Shown here: positions 23,981 to 34,228 of the stretch, one piece after another
Layout: every line of letters begins with the position of its first letter
Position numbering within the stretch: position 1 is the first letter of the stretch
Source: Basidiobolus ranarum
Taxonomy: Eukaryota
Assembly: GCA_040143965.1 (NCBI GenBank)
Contig: JASJQH010000067.1
Span: 1 to 34,228 of the forward strand
Direction of reading: 5' to 3'
Length of the DNA: 34,228 bases
Position numbers and translations under genes: made by a program
Notes under the pieces: model-generated
Seen by the model: the letters and a program-made list of their open reading frames with translations, nothing else
What the model was told of the DNA's origin: nothing
Databases searched by the model: none

Positions 23981-24709
23981 ATGGTGATACGAGTCAAAGA
24001 GGCTACTCAACTAACCGACTTATCTCACTATCAGCCACGACTTAAATGCTCATTATTGGAGAATAGCCATTCAGAAAGAGAATCTTCACCCCCTTTTACC
24101 CAGGCAGTTGTTTCCTGCTTCACACCCAACGAGCTAGAAGACTTGAAAGACACCAAGGCAATCTTAACGTCGAGAGACGATTTAAAGAAGGCTATTCTAC
24201 GTGGAAGACCGTACATATTTTCGTATGTGATTGCTAGTAATCCACCCATTATTCTATATACACTCTTGTTTGATACATGGATGAGTCGAGAGGGTTGCTT
24301 CAAGTTCAATAGCGATCTTACGACCCAGGCAGATGTCCTGTTGGGAGGTACCGTGGATAATTTAAACTTTTTACAACTGGCGTGCCTCTACAGCAGAGAA
24401 AAAATAGCACTTCAGATATTGGACTTTCTGAGTAAAGAGCTAAACAAACGAGAATCCAAAGATCTTCTGTTCAATACGATCTCTCACGTGTGGGGGAGAG
24501 GAAATACAACCCTACATCTCGCTAGTTTTGTTGGTTTGACTACTTTGGTCAAACGATTGCTTGAACTTGATATGAATCCGTATGTAAAAAACGATTTAGG
24601 TTATAGCTCCGTAGATTGTGCTACTGAGCACGAGACCAAAAAGGTTTTCTGGCGTTTTCGAATTAATCAGCCGGAACAGATGGCCATGTTCCTTGGAAAG
24701 GATACGTAG
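23981..24709 (+). CDS. ankyrin-repeat protein
   Basis: 242-aa ORF with ankyrin-like NFLQLACLYSREKIALQILD and GNTTLHLASFVGLTTLVKRLLELDMNPYVKNDLGYSSVDCA. Confidence 0.75.
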   Translation: MVIRVKEATQLTDLSHYQPRLKCSLLENSHSERESSPPFTQAVVSCFTPNELEDLKDTKAILTSRDDLKKAILRGRPYIFSYVIASNPPIILYTLLFDTWMSREGCFKFNSDLTTQADVLLGGTVDNLNFLQLACLYSREKIALQILDFLSKELNKRESKDLLFNTISHVWGRGNTTLHLASFVGLTTLVKRLLELDMNPYVKNDLGYSSVDCATEHETKKVFWRFRINQPEQMAMFLGKDT

Positions 24710-25098
24710 TCTTTCATGTATATACTTTTTTCTTCCAATTGTGAAGATCGCTTCTTTATACCAAAACCTCAAATCATACACTGGAAAGTGCCTATTAAAC
24801 ATTAATCCCCTGTCCAATGCTGGAAGCAATACTGTGCTAGGGTACTCGCATTTGACTGTAGCCCAGCCAACAGTCATACTATTAAGTTGCAATGGAGATT
24901 GCGGCCCCAGTGTATTTATCTAGGAACACGTACAACATATCAAAAAACAAGCGATCTGGTGATTATAATACAATATTTAGAATATATTAAATAGAAAAGA
25001 ATTCTAGTGTGGCTTCTCACAGAATGAATCAATAAAAACGAAGAAATGAATGACGAGTTAAGTTATCTGCGGATTTCGAAGATGGCAACAACATTGCC

Positions 25099-26972
25099 TC
25101 ACACACTTTCTACCTTCTCTTGCTTCACGACTTGTTTCCATGGACGGGTGGCTCTAGCCTCTTTTCCGCTAGCTATGAGTGAGGCATCGTAACTCTGGTC
25201 AAAGTATTGATTTGGGTGAATAATAGTGTCAATTTTCGAGGCAACGGTGACTTGTTTGTGAGTAAGCTCAAAGTAACGCGTACACGCAACTTGGAAATGG
25301 TTGGCTCGGATCAGTTCTAGGATTTCATTCACTTCATTGTCTGTCGCACCACTACTGTAACAGGCATGTCGAAGGTTATCAGGTGAAAAGTGTCGGAATG
25401 GACAACCATGATGATCACCGCTGGAAGGAGAGTTGCCAGTGATAATCTTCATACAGCTATAGGGAGTGTAGTCTGTTCTGCGTCCTTCCATACCATAGTT
25501 GTGACGAATGTTGTAAGCATAGCCCTTTTGAAATTGATCATCGGTCATTTTATAGAACGAAGTTCGCCAATAATGTAGGGCTTCTTCTAAAGAAAGTCCG
25601 ATGCCCTAATGGAAATAAATTGCTTGTCAATGGGGAATGCTTGAAAAGACCTGAAGAGTGAAAGTAAATTACCTTCAGGAATAGGCCGTATTGCATTCTG
25701 CCACCATGCTTCAAGTGACCATCATCTTTGAGCTTGGCATTCAAATGCTTCATACATAGAGGGAAGTGCTGTGTAAGTTTGTCGACATCACCGGATGTGA
25801 TTTGACCACTAACACCTTGCGCAGTATATTCTCTACCATTATACTGTTTACCCAAATTGGTTAGTACAGGAAGTAGTCTCTCATCCTCATCCATTCGTGG
25901 TAGAGCTTTGGCGGTGGCCTTTGAATGTAATAAAAGTTAGGATTGCTCCTATTGTTCAACTATATCTTAAGCGATGACTACCTCTAGAGCTTGACTCAGG
26001 TGACTCTTGAATTCATTTACTATTAACGCCGCCTGGTCCGACATAGGTACATATGCTTTACCCTTTTTTACATAGACTTGACGGCGTTGAATCAAATCTG
26101 GCACTTTTTCAAAATCTACTTCGAAGAAAGCTTCTGATTCAAAATTCGATACGTGTGATGAGGCCTGATAGAGTTCTTTTTGAAGAAGTCGCTTATCTTC
26201 GGGGGTAAGCTAACGTTTATGAGCGATCTAAGTAAATAATGATGCCCTCTTAATAAAAAACTCTCTAAATCAAATACCATCTTTAATTGAAGTCCAGCTG
26301 CTTCTAAAAATTTCGATTTGTCTTGGATGTTCTCCGTTGAGAATCGCAACCTATTTGTTAAAAAAATCAAATTTTAACGTCTATTCATTGAATAGCTTAT
26401 CTAGTCGGAGCACATCTGTCCATGCTTGCATACTAGTAGATACTCACTTGAACAAAGCACATTCTTGACGCAAAAACCAGTTACGCAGCTCTTCACTAAA
26501 AAATAGTTATTAGCCTAAGAAAAATAAGATGTATAAGAGAGAAAATACTCACCTTCGACAGAAAGCCAAACGAAGAATGAAATGGGAAATATGATCTTTG
26601 CGACGCTCTTGGTCAAAGGGAGTGGTGATGGCTGCAGTACTGTAGCTGAGGGGGAGACATTTTTTACTAATGTCGTTTAAAATCTGCTTTACTTCTTCTT
26701 CAGGTCTGTTCCGAATATACGCGGTCTCCACGGCCTTAAGAACTGTTGGAATAAGTGAATACTTGTTTTTAGAGAAGTAACAACTTTCTGAAAGAAAATA
26801 TACCTTGTAAACGATCAAGAGCGAAAGTTTCGAATTCCTCAATGTTCACTTCACAAAGTGGAGGAGTGTTGTAGAAGTTCAATCTATTTGGGTATTCAAG
26901 TTTTTGTGAACGAGTTGCTTGGCTTGAGCCTGTAAAACCTTTTCCAGCACTAGAATTGTTTTGTCTAAACAT
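25099..26972 (-). CDS. PRI2: DNA primase large subunit
   Basis: EEFETFALDRL, RRKDHISHFILRLAFC, HFPLCM, HLKHGGRMQYGLFLK|GIGLSLEEAL, YNIRHNYGMEG, YTPYSC, HHGCPFRH, IIHPNQYF (Fe-S domain Cys residues present). Confidence 0.98.
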
Positions 26973-27418
26973 ATTCGGTTTTTAGAGAAGTCTGATAAAA
27001 TGGCACATTTAGCAACAGACCCATATAATAAGGGTCAGCAGTTGTTTGTTTGGTTGTTCTGATTGTTTATTTATAATGAGATAACTCTCTGTTTGGGGGA
27101 TTTTATTCGAGATCAATATGATAGGGTATGATATCATTCCATATCGTTCTTTACTCCTATTCAATATTAGATTAGTCAAATATATGGAGTTTTTGCGTTG
27201 AAAGTCTCGAAATCCGTTTATCTAAAAAAACTTGGCTTATTCTCCTTAAGAAATCCTTTTTTTTCTTTGGCATCCTACTAACTTGGTGTAGTATATATAT
27301 ATTTATTATATATATATTATTAAGCAACTTTCTGTGTTTTCCATTTCATTCTTTCAAGTTCATAGATATTAAAGTCCCACTCTGTGGTCATACTTCTTAA
27401 TTGTTTAGTACTTTAAAC

Positions 27419-30323
27419 ATGACACATACAGAAAATACCTCTGTTTCCGAAGGTGAGAAAATTAGCGAGGAATCCTCGCAATCCAACAAGACCACCTTTG
27501 ATGGTCAGCTCAACATCACAGTTCGTACCATCGACTCCGATTCTTATCCAGTCGCCATTGCGCACTCTGAAACTGTATCAAAATTGAAAGAACAGTTGGA
27601 GGATGTTGCAGGTGTAACACGTGAACGTCAACGACTTATATTTCAGGGCAGAGTAATGAAGGATGAAAAAACTCTGCACGAATGTGGTTAGTAACCATAC
27701 TAGGTATATAGTTCGCATGAAATTGATTTACTAAATGGCGAGGAATCACCTCTTCAATAGGACTAAAAACTGGAAATGTTATTCATCTTGTAATCAGACC
27801 TCTAGAAGCTCTGGGAAATAACGGTTTTTGTTAAATTTACTAATCATTTTAAGCAAGCTTCACTTGTGCTAATCTTTTTCCTTCTATAGACGAGCCCCAA
27901 CCACCTCATAGTAGCACCACTAGACACAGAAATATTATGTCCCCTTCGGGCTTCATGGTTAGCACCATCTCATTGGAGCCTGAAAGCTCACCCATCAACA
28001 ATGTAAGTGACGTGAGTAAAAGTGCTTATTCTGCATACAAAGAGGCTATCATTTCCAAGTAGTGTTTAAAGTTTGTTGGAACATGGTGTTAATCAGCTTG
28101 ATAGATTTTTAGTTCGATATTTGGAGGGTCTCCCAGAAATTCACAAGCAAGTCCATTGTCGACTACTGCTACGCCTACGTCCATTCACACTGTACGAATT
28201 GCACTTTTATTGATTTTGAAGCAAAAACGTAATCCTAACTCTGCCTCATACTCATTTAGCACACTCCACGAAGCAGCACCAGTCGACCTAATGGTACGCC
28301 CAATGAGCCCAGATCATCTTCTCTTGCTCACCGACAGACGGTACACAATTTACTGCTCATTATATTCAAATTATACCAAGTTAGCTAATAATATTTTCAC
28401 AGACTGACAACGGAGCTTTATTCAACCGTGCTTCCACTCATCTGAGACGTCTTCAAGATCTGTGGGATCTTACTCCCGAGCATGGTTAGTAGATCAATAT
28501 TTATTGAGGCTATTAGAGACTAGTGTTATTTACTCCTGTATTAGAAATTCAAGGTAATGATGTGGTAAGAGCTGGTCAGCTTATGTGGGAGTTTTCAAAC
28601 GCCCTTGAGCATCTTACTGGTGTATTGAGACCTTTGGCTCGCACATTTATGGACGAATCTTCAATGACCGATCCTCAGGAGCGTACTCGAGTTCAAGAAG
28701 AGACTGCTAGTGTGGCACGTGGGATGTATAGGTTGACTCAACTGGAAAGTGCAATGGCTACTATTTTGCATCGCACTAGAATGACACCTACAGACAGCTT
28801 CACTAACGACTCTAGCCCTTCTGTACCGCCTCCAAGCGAAACTTCCGGCTCAGAAGCAACCTCTGGTACTAACCAGTCCCAGACTACAAGCACGCCAAAT
28901 CAAAGACTTCGCACTTTGAACCCATTTTTTTCGTCTCCCAGCATGACATTCTCCGTATACCCTGATATATCTTTACAAATTGAAACCAGTTCAGGAACTA
29001 CAATTCCGATTTCTGTACCCATGACCCCAGCTAGTAATCAGCAACCTCGTGAAAGAAATCAAGAAGATTCAGCTACTCGCGGTACTCCAGAGACACAAAC
29101 ACCACAGCAACAACCTGCCAATGCGGAAGAGTCAAATCCCCAAGCATCCAATCCCCTCTCTTCTCTCCTGTCCTCTCTATTTAGCGGTTCCCCTGGAAAT
29201 ACGCTAGGCTCTCCATTCACTACGATATTGCCCTCTAGATCTTCTGGAGGCTCTAGTTCATTCATTGCCAGTACTACTATTCCATTTGTTAGCATTATTC
29301 CAAGTTCTAGAATCGGACAAGCAAGAAGTACGGCCAATCCCGAAAATTCTACAAACCCCAGTCACACCTCTGGCAGCACCACTGCCAATAATGCAGGTAA
29401 CTCTACCTCTTCCCAGACAATTCCTACCAGTAACACTTCTAGACCTGAAACCAATCGTCTTTACGATCTTGGCGTCCTCGGTACCACACTTTCCAACTAC
29501 TTGACACTTTTAGAGGAATCACAAGGCCGGTCCAATGTATCAGTTGCCGAGGCCCTTCGTTTGGAGCCCAGTAGCACCAATAATGCCCAAAACTTTGTCT
29601 ATCAATTCTTTCATTCCATTTTGGTGTCGGAAGCTCATGAAATCATCAGAGGACACCCTAGCAGCTTACAACAGCTTCATACTCGTCTCACGGAATTCTT
29701 CCAAGCGAACATCTCTACCGATAATAGAAGCGAAGACATTATGAACTTAGCACAGTCGCTAAGTGATCATTTGGTGAATCACCTTCACCTTAGCGAAGCA
29801 CTTCCAAATAACGACACAATTATAGAGAGTCTTCAAGATCGATTGAAGCGTTATTTAGCCAAGCAATTTGAGCGCTTACTTCGATTTTTACTAGACGTAC
29901 AACCTAAACGTAGAGCTAATGAATCCAACCCATCCATGTCAACCACTTTTATTCCCAATTGGGTAAGAGAGGTGGTTCAAGAAGTTCGCAATGACTTCTT
30001 TAATGCTTATGGAAATGATCGCACTCGAGAGATCGTTCATCTGGTATGTAGAAGGCCTTTAATACAGCTGAAGAATGAAAAAGTTTATTGAGATTTTTCT
30101 TTGATACATCTAGGTTGTTAAGCATCATTTCCAATCACTCTGCAACTTACTCTCATTATCCGCCACTCGCTTTATGAATGAGCTGGAGAGCACTCTACTC
30201 ACCAATGAGGCTGGACAAGTATCAGAGGGATCAACCACGCAACGCAATCATGACGATGAACATAATGCAGGAGAATCCTCCACTGGACACAGCGCCAAAA
30301 GACGCAAATATTCGGACTCATAA
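27419..30323 (+). CDS. BAG6: BAG6/Scythe-like protein (N-terminal ubiquitin-like domain, long S/T/P-rich region, C-terminal KRRK)
   Basis: Ubl LNITVRTIDSDS..RQRLIFQGRVMKDEKTLHEC|GLKTGNVIHLVIRP resembles the BAG6 Ubl; 8 exons splice in frame; ends HSAKRRKYSDS*. Confidence 0.7.
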
Positions 30324-30333
30324 TATACCTACT

Positions 30334-31695
30334 TAGAGTGTACACCTATATTCAATTGTTTATCCAAGCAAGCATCTTTCCCAGGCTAATGGTGAGAACT
30401 CTAGTAAGCAGAAATCAACATGTGGTTGAACGATTAAGTTTAGTCATATTTTTGTATTCATACCTATTTGTGTAGAAATGTACTCTTTCATGTCATGTAT
30501 GTTCTTTTTCTTTTTCACAAATTGGAAGATTCTTTTTTTGTTTTGCTTCTTTCCTTTACTTATTATCCACTCTCTCCCCTCCCCCAAAATTATAAAATCT
30601 TTTAGATCAATAACAAGTACCCAACTCATCCTTGGAATCCAGAACAATCCATTACAAATCTTTAAAAATTTGCCCAAGATTTGCATCTCAAGTCCAATAA
30701 ATCGAGATTTATTAAGTCAACTTCCTTCACCATAGAGCAAAGAATTGAATGGAAAATATATGGTACAAACAGAATAGGAAGAATTGTTAACAAATATAGC
30801 ATCAAGTGTGAAGAGTTGGTTATTTTGATAATGATGTTGATATTCTAAAACTCTTTGAGTTAGTTTTGTTAGTCTTGGTAGGGCAGTGGGTTCAATCTTT
30901 CACTTTATTGTGAGTAGAGAAGTCAGTATATTGGGATAGTGGGTCGAGTAAATTATCCCTTCTGATAATTGAATTGTTAAACAGATAGCCATATACTATC
31001 ACAGTTAGAGAGTACTTCCATCACCTTGTTGGTAGTGACTTTGGCTAGGAAATGTTGTGCAACACATCCGTTCAAAGATCATGATAAATATACAGAAATT
31101 TAGAATGAAACCAGCGGAATTATCTTGTGCAATTGATTACTTGACATGTCAGAATTGATTCTTCTGGTTAGACAGAGTTTCCATTATAGATCTCACTAAT
31201 TCTATTAATATTCATCTTATGGATTCAATATAAGACTGTTGTGCAATATCTTCCTGTAAAGCGAGATTCACTCGAGTTGTTGACAAGGTGAAAATTTATT
31301 GTAGAAATGAAACAATCTCACTTGGAGGAATACCCTGGAAATTGATTGAAACCTAATGCTCGAGTACCTGGTTTTCAAAGAATCCATCCAAGATTCTCAA
31401 ACAACAGGAAAAAAGGTTCATAATCCAGAAGTAATTTGGAGTTGTACGATCATTGGATCAGTGTAAGTATATGGGAGGATGTATTACACCAAGACTTACA
31501 GACAAAAGCAGTAAAGAATAGACAGGTATGGGAATATATTATAGATAGATGTTACTTTAACTTGGAGACAATCATTTACCAAGTGTGACCACTATCTTTG
31601 AAGAAATACCCACAACTCCTACTCGTCTTACCGCGCAAGTCAAGTTTTAGTTGTATTTATAAAAAAAACCCCCCGCGGCCTCGGTGTACACTCTA
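30334..31695 (-). mobile_element. decayed DNA transposon, probably hAT superfamily, with 13-bp terminal inverted repeats
   Basis: TAGAGTGTACACC (30334-30346) is the exact reverse complement of GGTGTACACTCTA (31683-31695). The interior has no intact ORF. Minus strand 30807-30902 reads *KIEPTALPRLTKLTQRVL..QLFT, resembling the hAT dimerisation motif WWxxxxxxPxLxxLAxRxL..ERxFS. Confidence 0.6.
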
Positions 31696-32163
31696 GAATC
31701 AAGTGTAACAATAGTAGGGTACGTCTCTAATTTACTAGAGTGACTCGAGCTTGAAGTTGGGCTGAGCAACTCAGTAAATCTCATATGCTTGTGATCCATT
31801 TGAATGGTTGCTTATGCTGGAATAAAGTTAGGCACTTAAATATTCATACACCATACTTAGCATACTCCAGGATTATGTATTATATTATATAAGTATGTCA
31901 TAAATAATAAATCAGTAGTGAAAATCACAAAATACTTACAAAGTGCTTAAACTTTGGTTAGAAGTATCTTAAGTCTTTGCACTTTACCTTGTCAAATTGT
32001 AAATACAAATTAGCTTGAGTTTGACCATTTTATTCAATGTATTGCTAAATGCCAAAATCTGGTAATAAAAACTGATGCTTCAAAAATATACATACCCACA
32101 AGTGTTCAGTGAGGGATTCATATATATTTTATCTATTAGACATACCAATCTCGAAAATTTTCC

Positions 32164-32169
32164 AAAAAA
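32164..32169 (-). terminator. Pol III oligo-T terminator of tRNA-Thr
   Basis: T6 run 2 nt after the tRNA discriminator on the minus strand. Confidence 0.8.
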
Positions 32170-32171
32170 TT

Positions 32172-32243
32172 TGCCTACTGCCGGGATTGAACTGGCGACC
32201 TTCAGTTTACGAGACTGACGCGCTACCACTGCGCTAAGCAGGC
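32172..32243 (-). tRNA. tRNA-Thr (anticodon CGT)
   Basis: GCCTGCT/AGTAGGC acceptor stem, GCGC/GCGC D stem, TCAGT-CTCGTAA-ACTGA anticodon arm, GTTCAATC T loop, discriminator A, intronless. Confidence 0.95.
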
Positions 32244-32351
32244 TTCTTGCTTAGATAGCAGATATCTTTTAAATCATACAAGATAGCGAAGCAAAATATC
32301 AGATGTTTTGTATATACCCATAAAAAATGGGATGGCGTTGAACGAATTTTT

Positions 32352-34228
32352 ATGAGTAAACAGCTGGTGACACGTTCGTGGTGTGAAGAAGCAGAATTTT
32401 CGGATCAATTGGCACGTCAGTGTCATAAAGCCTTTGAAGCTCTTTCGAAACAAGGAAAACCGATAGTTCGTGGAAATAAAGTTGAATGGACAGTTTTAGC
32501 GGGAATATTTTTAGCCAAAGATAAAAGTACGCAGCAAATGCAGTAACAATATGGTTATCTACATTGTGAAGGCGAAAGGTTATTTTCGCTGATTCTTTGG
32601 GTTACCATTAGTTAACATGTTGCTTCATGTAGAAGAAGAAGGCTTCGAGCTGAAGTGCTTATCTTTAGGGTAACTTTATTAGTTTGCATTGTTGGTATGG
32701 CTTGTTGAGAATATTTCTAATCTTTGACTCAGTTCTGGACTCAAATGTCTGAGTTCAAGTAAATTACCAATGAACGGAGACGCTCTTCACGATAGTCATG
32801 CCGAAGTACTTGCTCGTCGGGGCTTCAACAAGTACTCTTCAAGTAGCATATCGTATTGTATGAAAAATTAGTAATAACAATAGTTTTTGTTAGATATTTG
32901 TTGGATCAAGCTTCAATTGTAGCGAAGGGAGGAAGCTCCGATGTCTTAAAAAGATGTGACAAGTATGAAGAGATTGATGGAAATGAAGGGACCCCGTTTG
33001 AACTTATTTCATCGGATATTACCTTTCATATGTATGTGAGTCATTGTCCGTGTAAGTCTCAATAATCTTCAAGTCAACACTTAGAAGGGAAATTCATTCA
33101 CTTTAATTGAATAGGTGGAGATGCCTCAACCACCTCGTTGGCTAATGAACAATCCTTAGAAGCCCTTGAGAATTACACCAACTTTAAAAAGAGGAAGACC
33201 CTCGATGAAGCTAAAGTAATTACAGAGAATGTTGAGTCGATTGAAACCACTGTAAACCAACCAACATCGGCAAATAGTTTAAAACGTGGAAGAGTGGATT
33301 ATGACTGTATCAATGTACTCCGAACCAAACCAGGTAATCTTCGTATATTCTAAGCCAAGATATACTGTAGAAACTCATTGTAAGATAAGGTAGAGGAGAT
33401 GCGGAGCCAACCCTCTCTATGTCATGCAGGTTGGTTAGAACATTTCTCTGTATGATGTATCCTCTCTTTACACAGACTAACTGTTCATAGTGATAAGATT
33501 GCCCGATGGAACGTTCTAGGACTTCAATCTGCGATGTTATCCTCTTTGATACCACCTATTTACCTGTCATCGATTACCATTGGCGATCTTTTTGAAGAGC
33601 AATCTGTGACTAGAGCATTGTGTTCACGTATTCAAGGAATTAATGGTATTTATCTGCTAATCAGTGAACCGTTCCACCACCATTACAATAACACACAATA
33701 GAATTACCACCTCCCTATCAGGTACAGGAGATCTCTATTTTCCATACGAAAGAGCCCTTCAAGTGGTCTAAAAGTCATTTGAAAATGGTTGACCCTGATA
33801 AAACGATAGTTCCCTCACCATCCGGTAAGACTTATATTTACCTGAATAGAGCTTTACATTTCTAATGACGATCAATATTTAGCTATCAGTTGGGTGTATA
33901 ACAATCCCAAGTCAGAAGCCATAGTAAATGGAAGAAAGCAAGGGGCAAAGCCAGGAAAAGATGGAACGTATCCTGTTAAAACGCGGTGGGTTGATAATTG
34001 AGCGTTATAATGATATCCACACTACTAACACTACCTTCAAGATCCTTGCTCTCTAAGGCCTCACTATTTGAACATTTCATCGACACAGTATCCCAGTATC
34101 CTCCGTCTCTTGTTCCTCATCAACTTCGGTAAACTGAATTTGATATAGAATCACTCAACACTTAATACTCAACACTCAACTGATATATTTTTCTTTGAAG
34201 ATCTCTTGATTTGAAGAAACTCACTTAT
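32352..34228 (+). CDS. TAD1: tRNA-specific adenosine deaminase 1 (Tad1/ADAT1), multi-exon, 3' end runs off window
   Basis: [73 protein letters not shown]; no dsRBD at the N-terminus. Confidence 0.93.

Noticed and set aside
30444..30735. Hydrophobic 80-85 aa ORFs on both strands
   Set aside because: They derive from T-rich low-complexity sequence inside the decayed transposon.
1..34228. CRISPR arrays, rRNA, selenoprotein or recoded genes, AT-AC introns in coding regions
   Set aside because: None seen; the coding introns I resolved are GT-AG and frames close without recoding.

Overview
Gene-dense, AT-rich eukaryotic DNA with many short GT-AG introns (mostly 50-110 nt). Intron style plus gp78/AMFR-, BAG6- and EAPP-like genes beside fungal-type PIB2 suggest an early-diverging fungus (Mucoromycota/Zoopagomycota-like; inference). 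I could splice 18 protein genes by hand: HIRAN-SNF2-RING helicase (partial), a hidden 6-exon orphan, gp78-like E3, TAF6, EAPP, NDUFS6, RPS0, SmD2, ATP synthase epsilon, RPL23, RPN8, RPL12, a small secreted protein, a minimal Pib2-like FYVE protein, an ankyrin protein, PRI2, BAG6-like and TAD1/ADAT1 (partial). There is also one tRNA-Thr(CGT). Most of the window is housekeeping and I found no clearly novel multi-gene system. Best leads: a decayed hAT-like transposon with 13-bp TIRs just after the BAG6 stop, a possible U12-in-U2 nested intron in the RPS0 leader, TCT/TOP-like and telobox+GGCCCAC promoter motifs, a structured RPL23 intron, a candidate secreted-peptide precursor and a 203-aa minimal Pib2.
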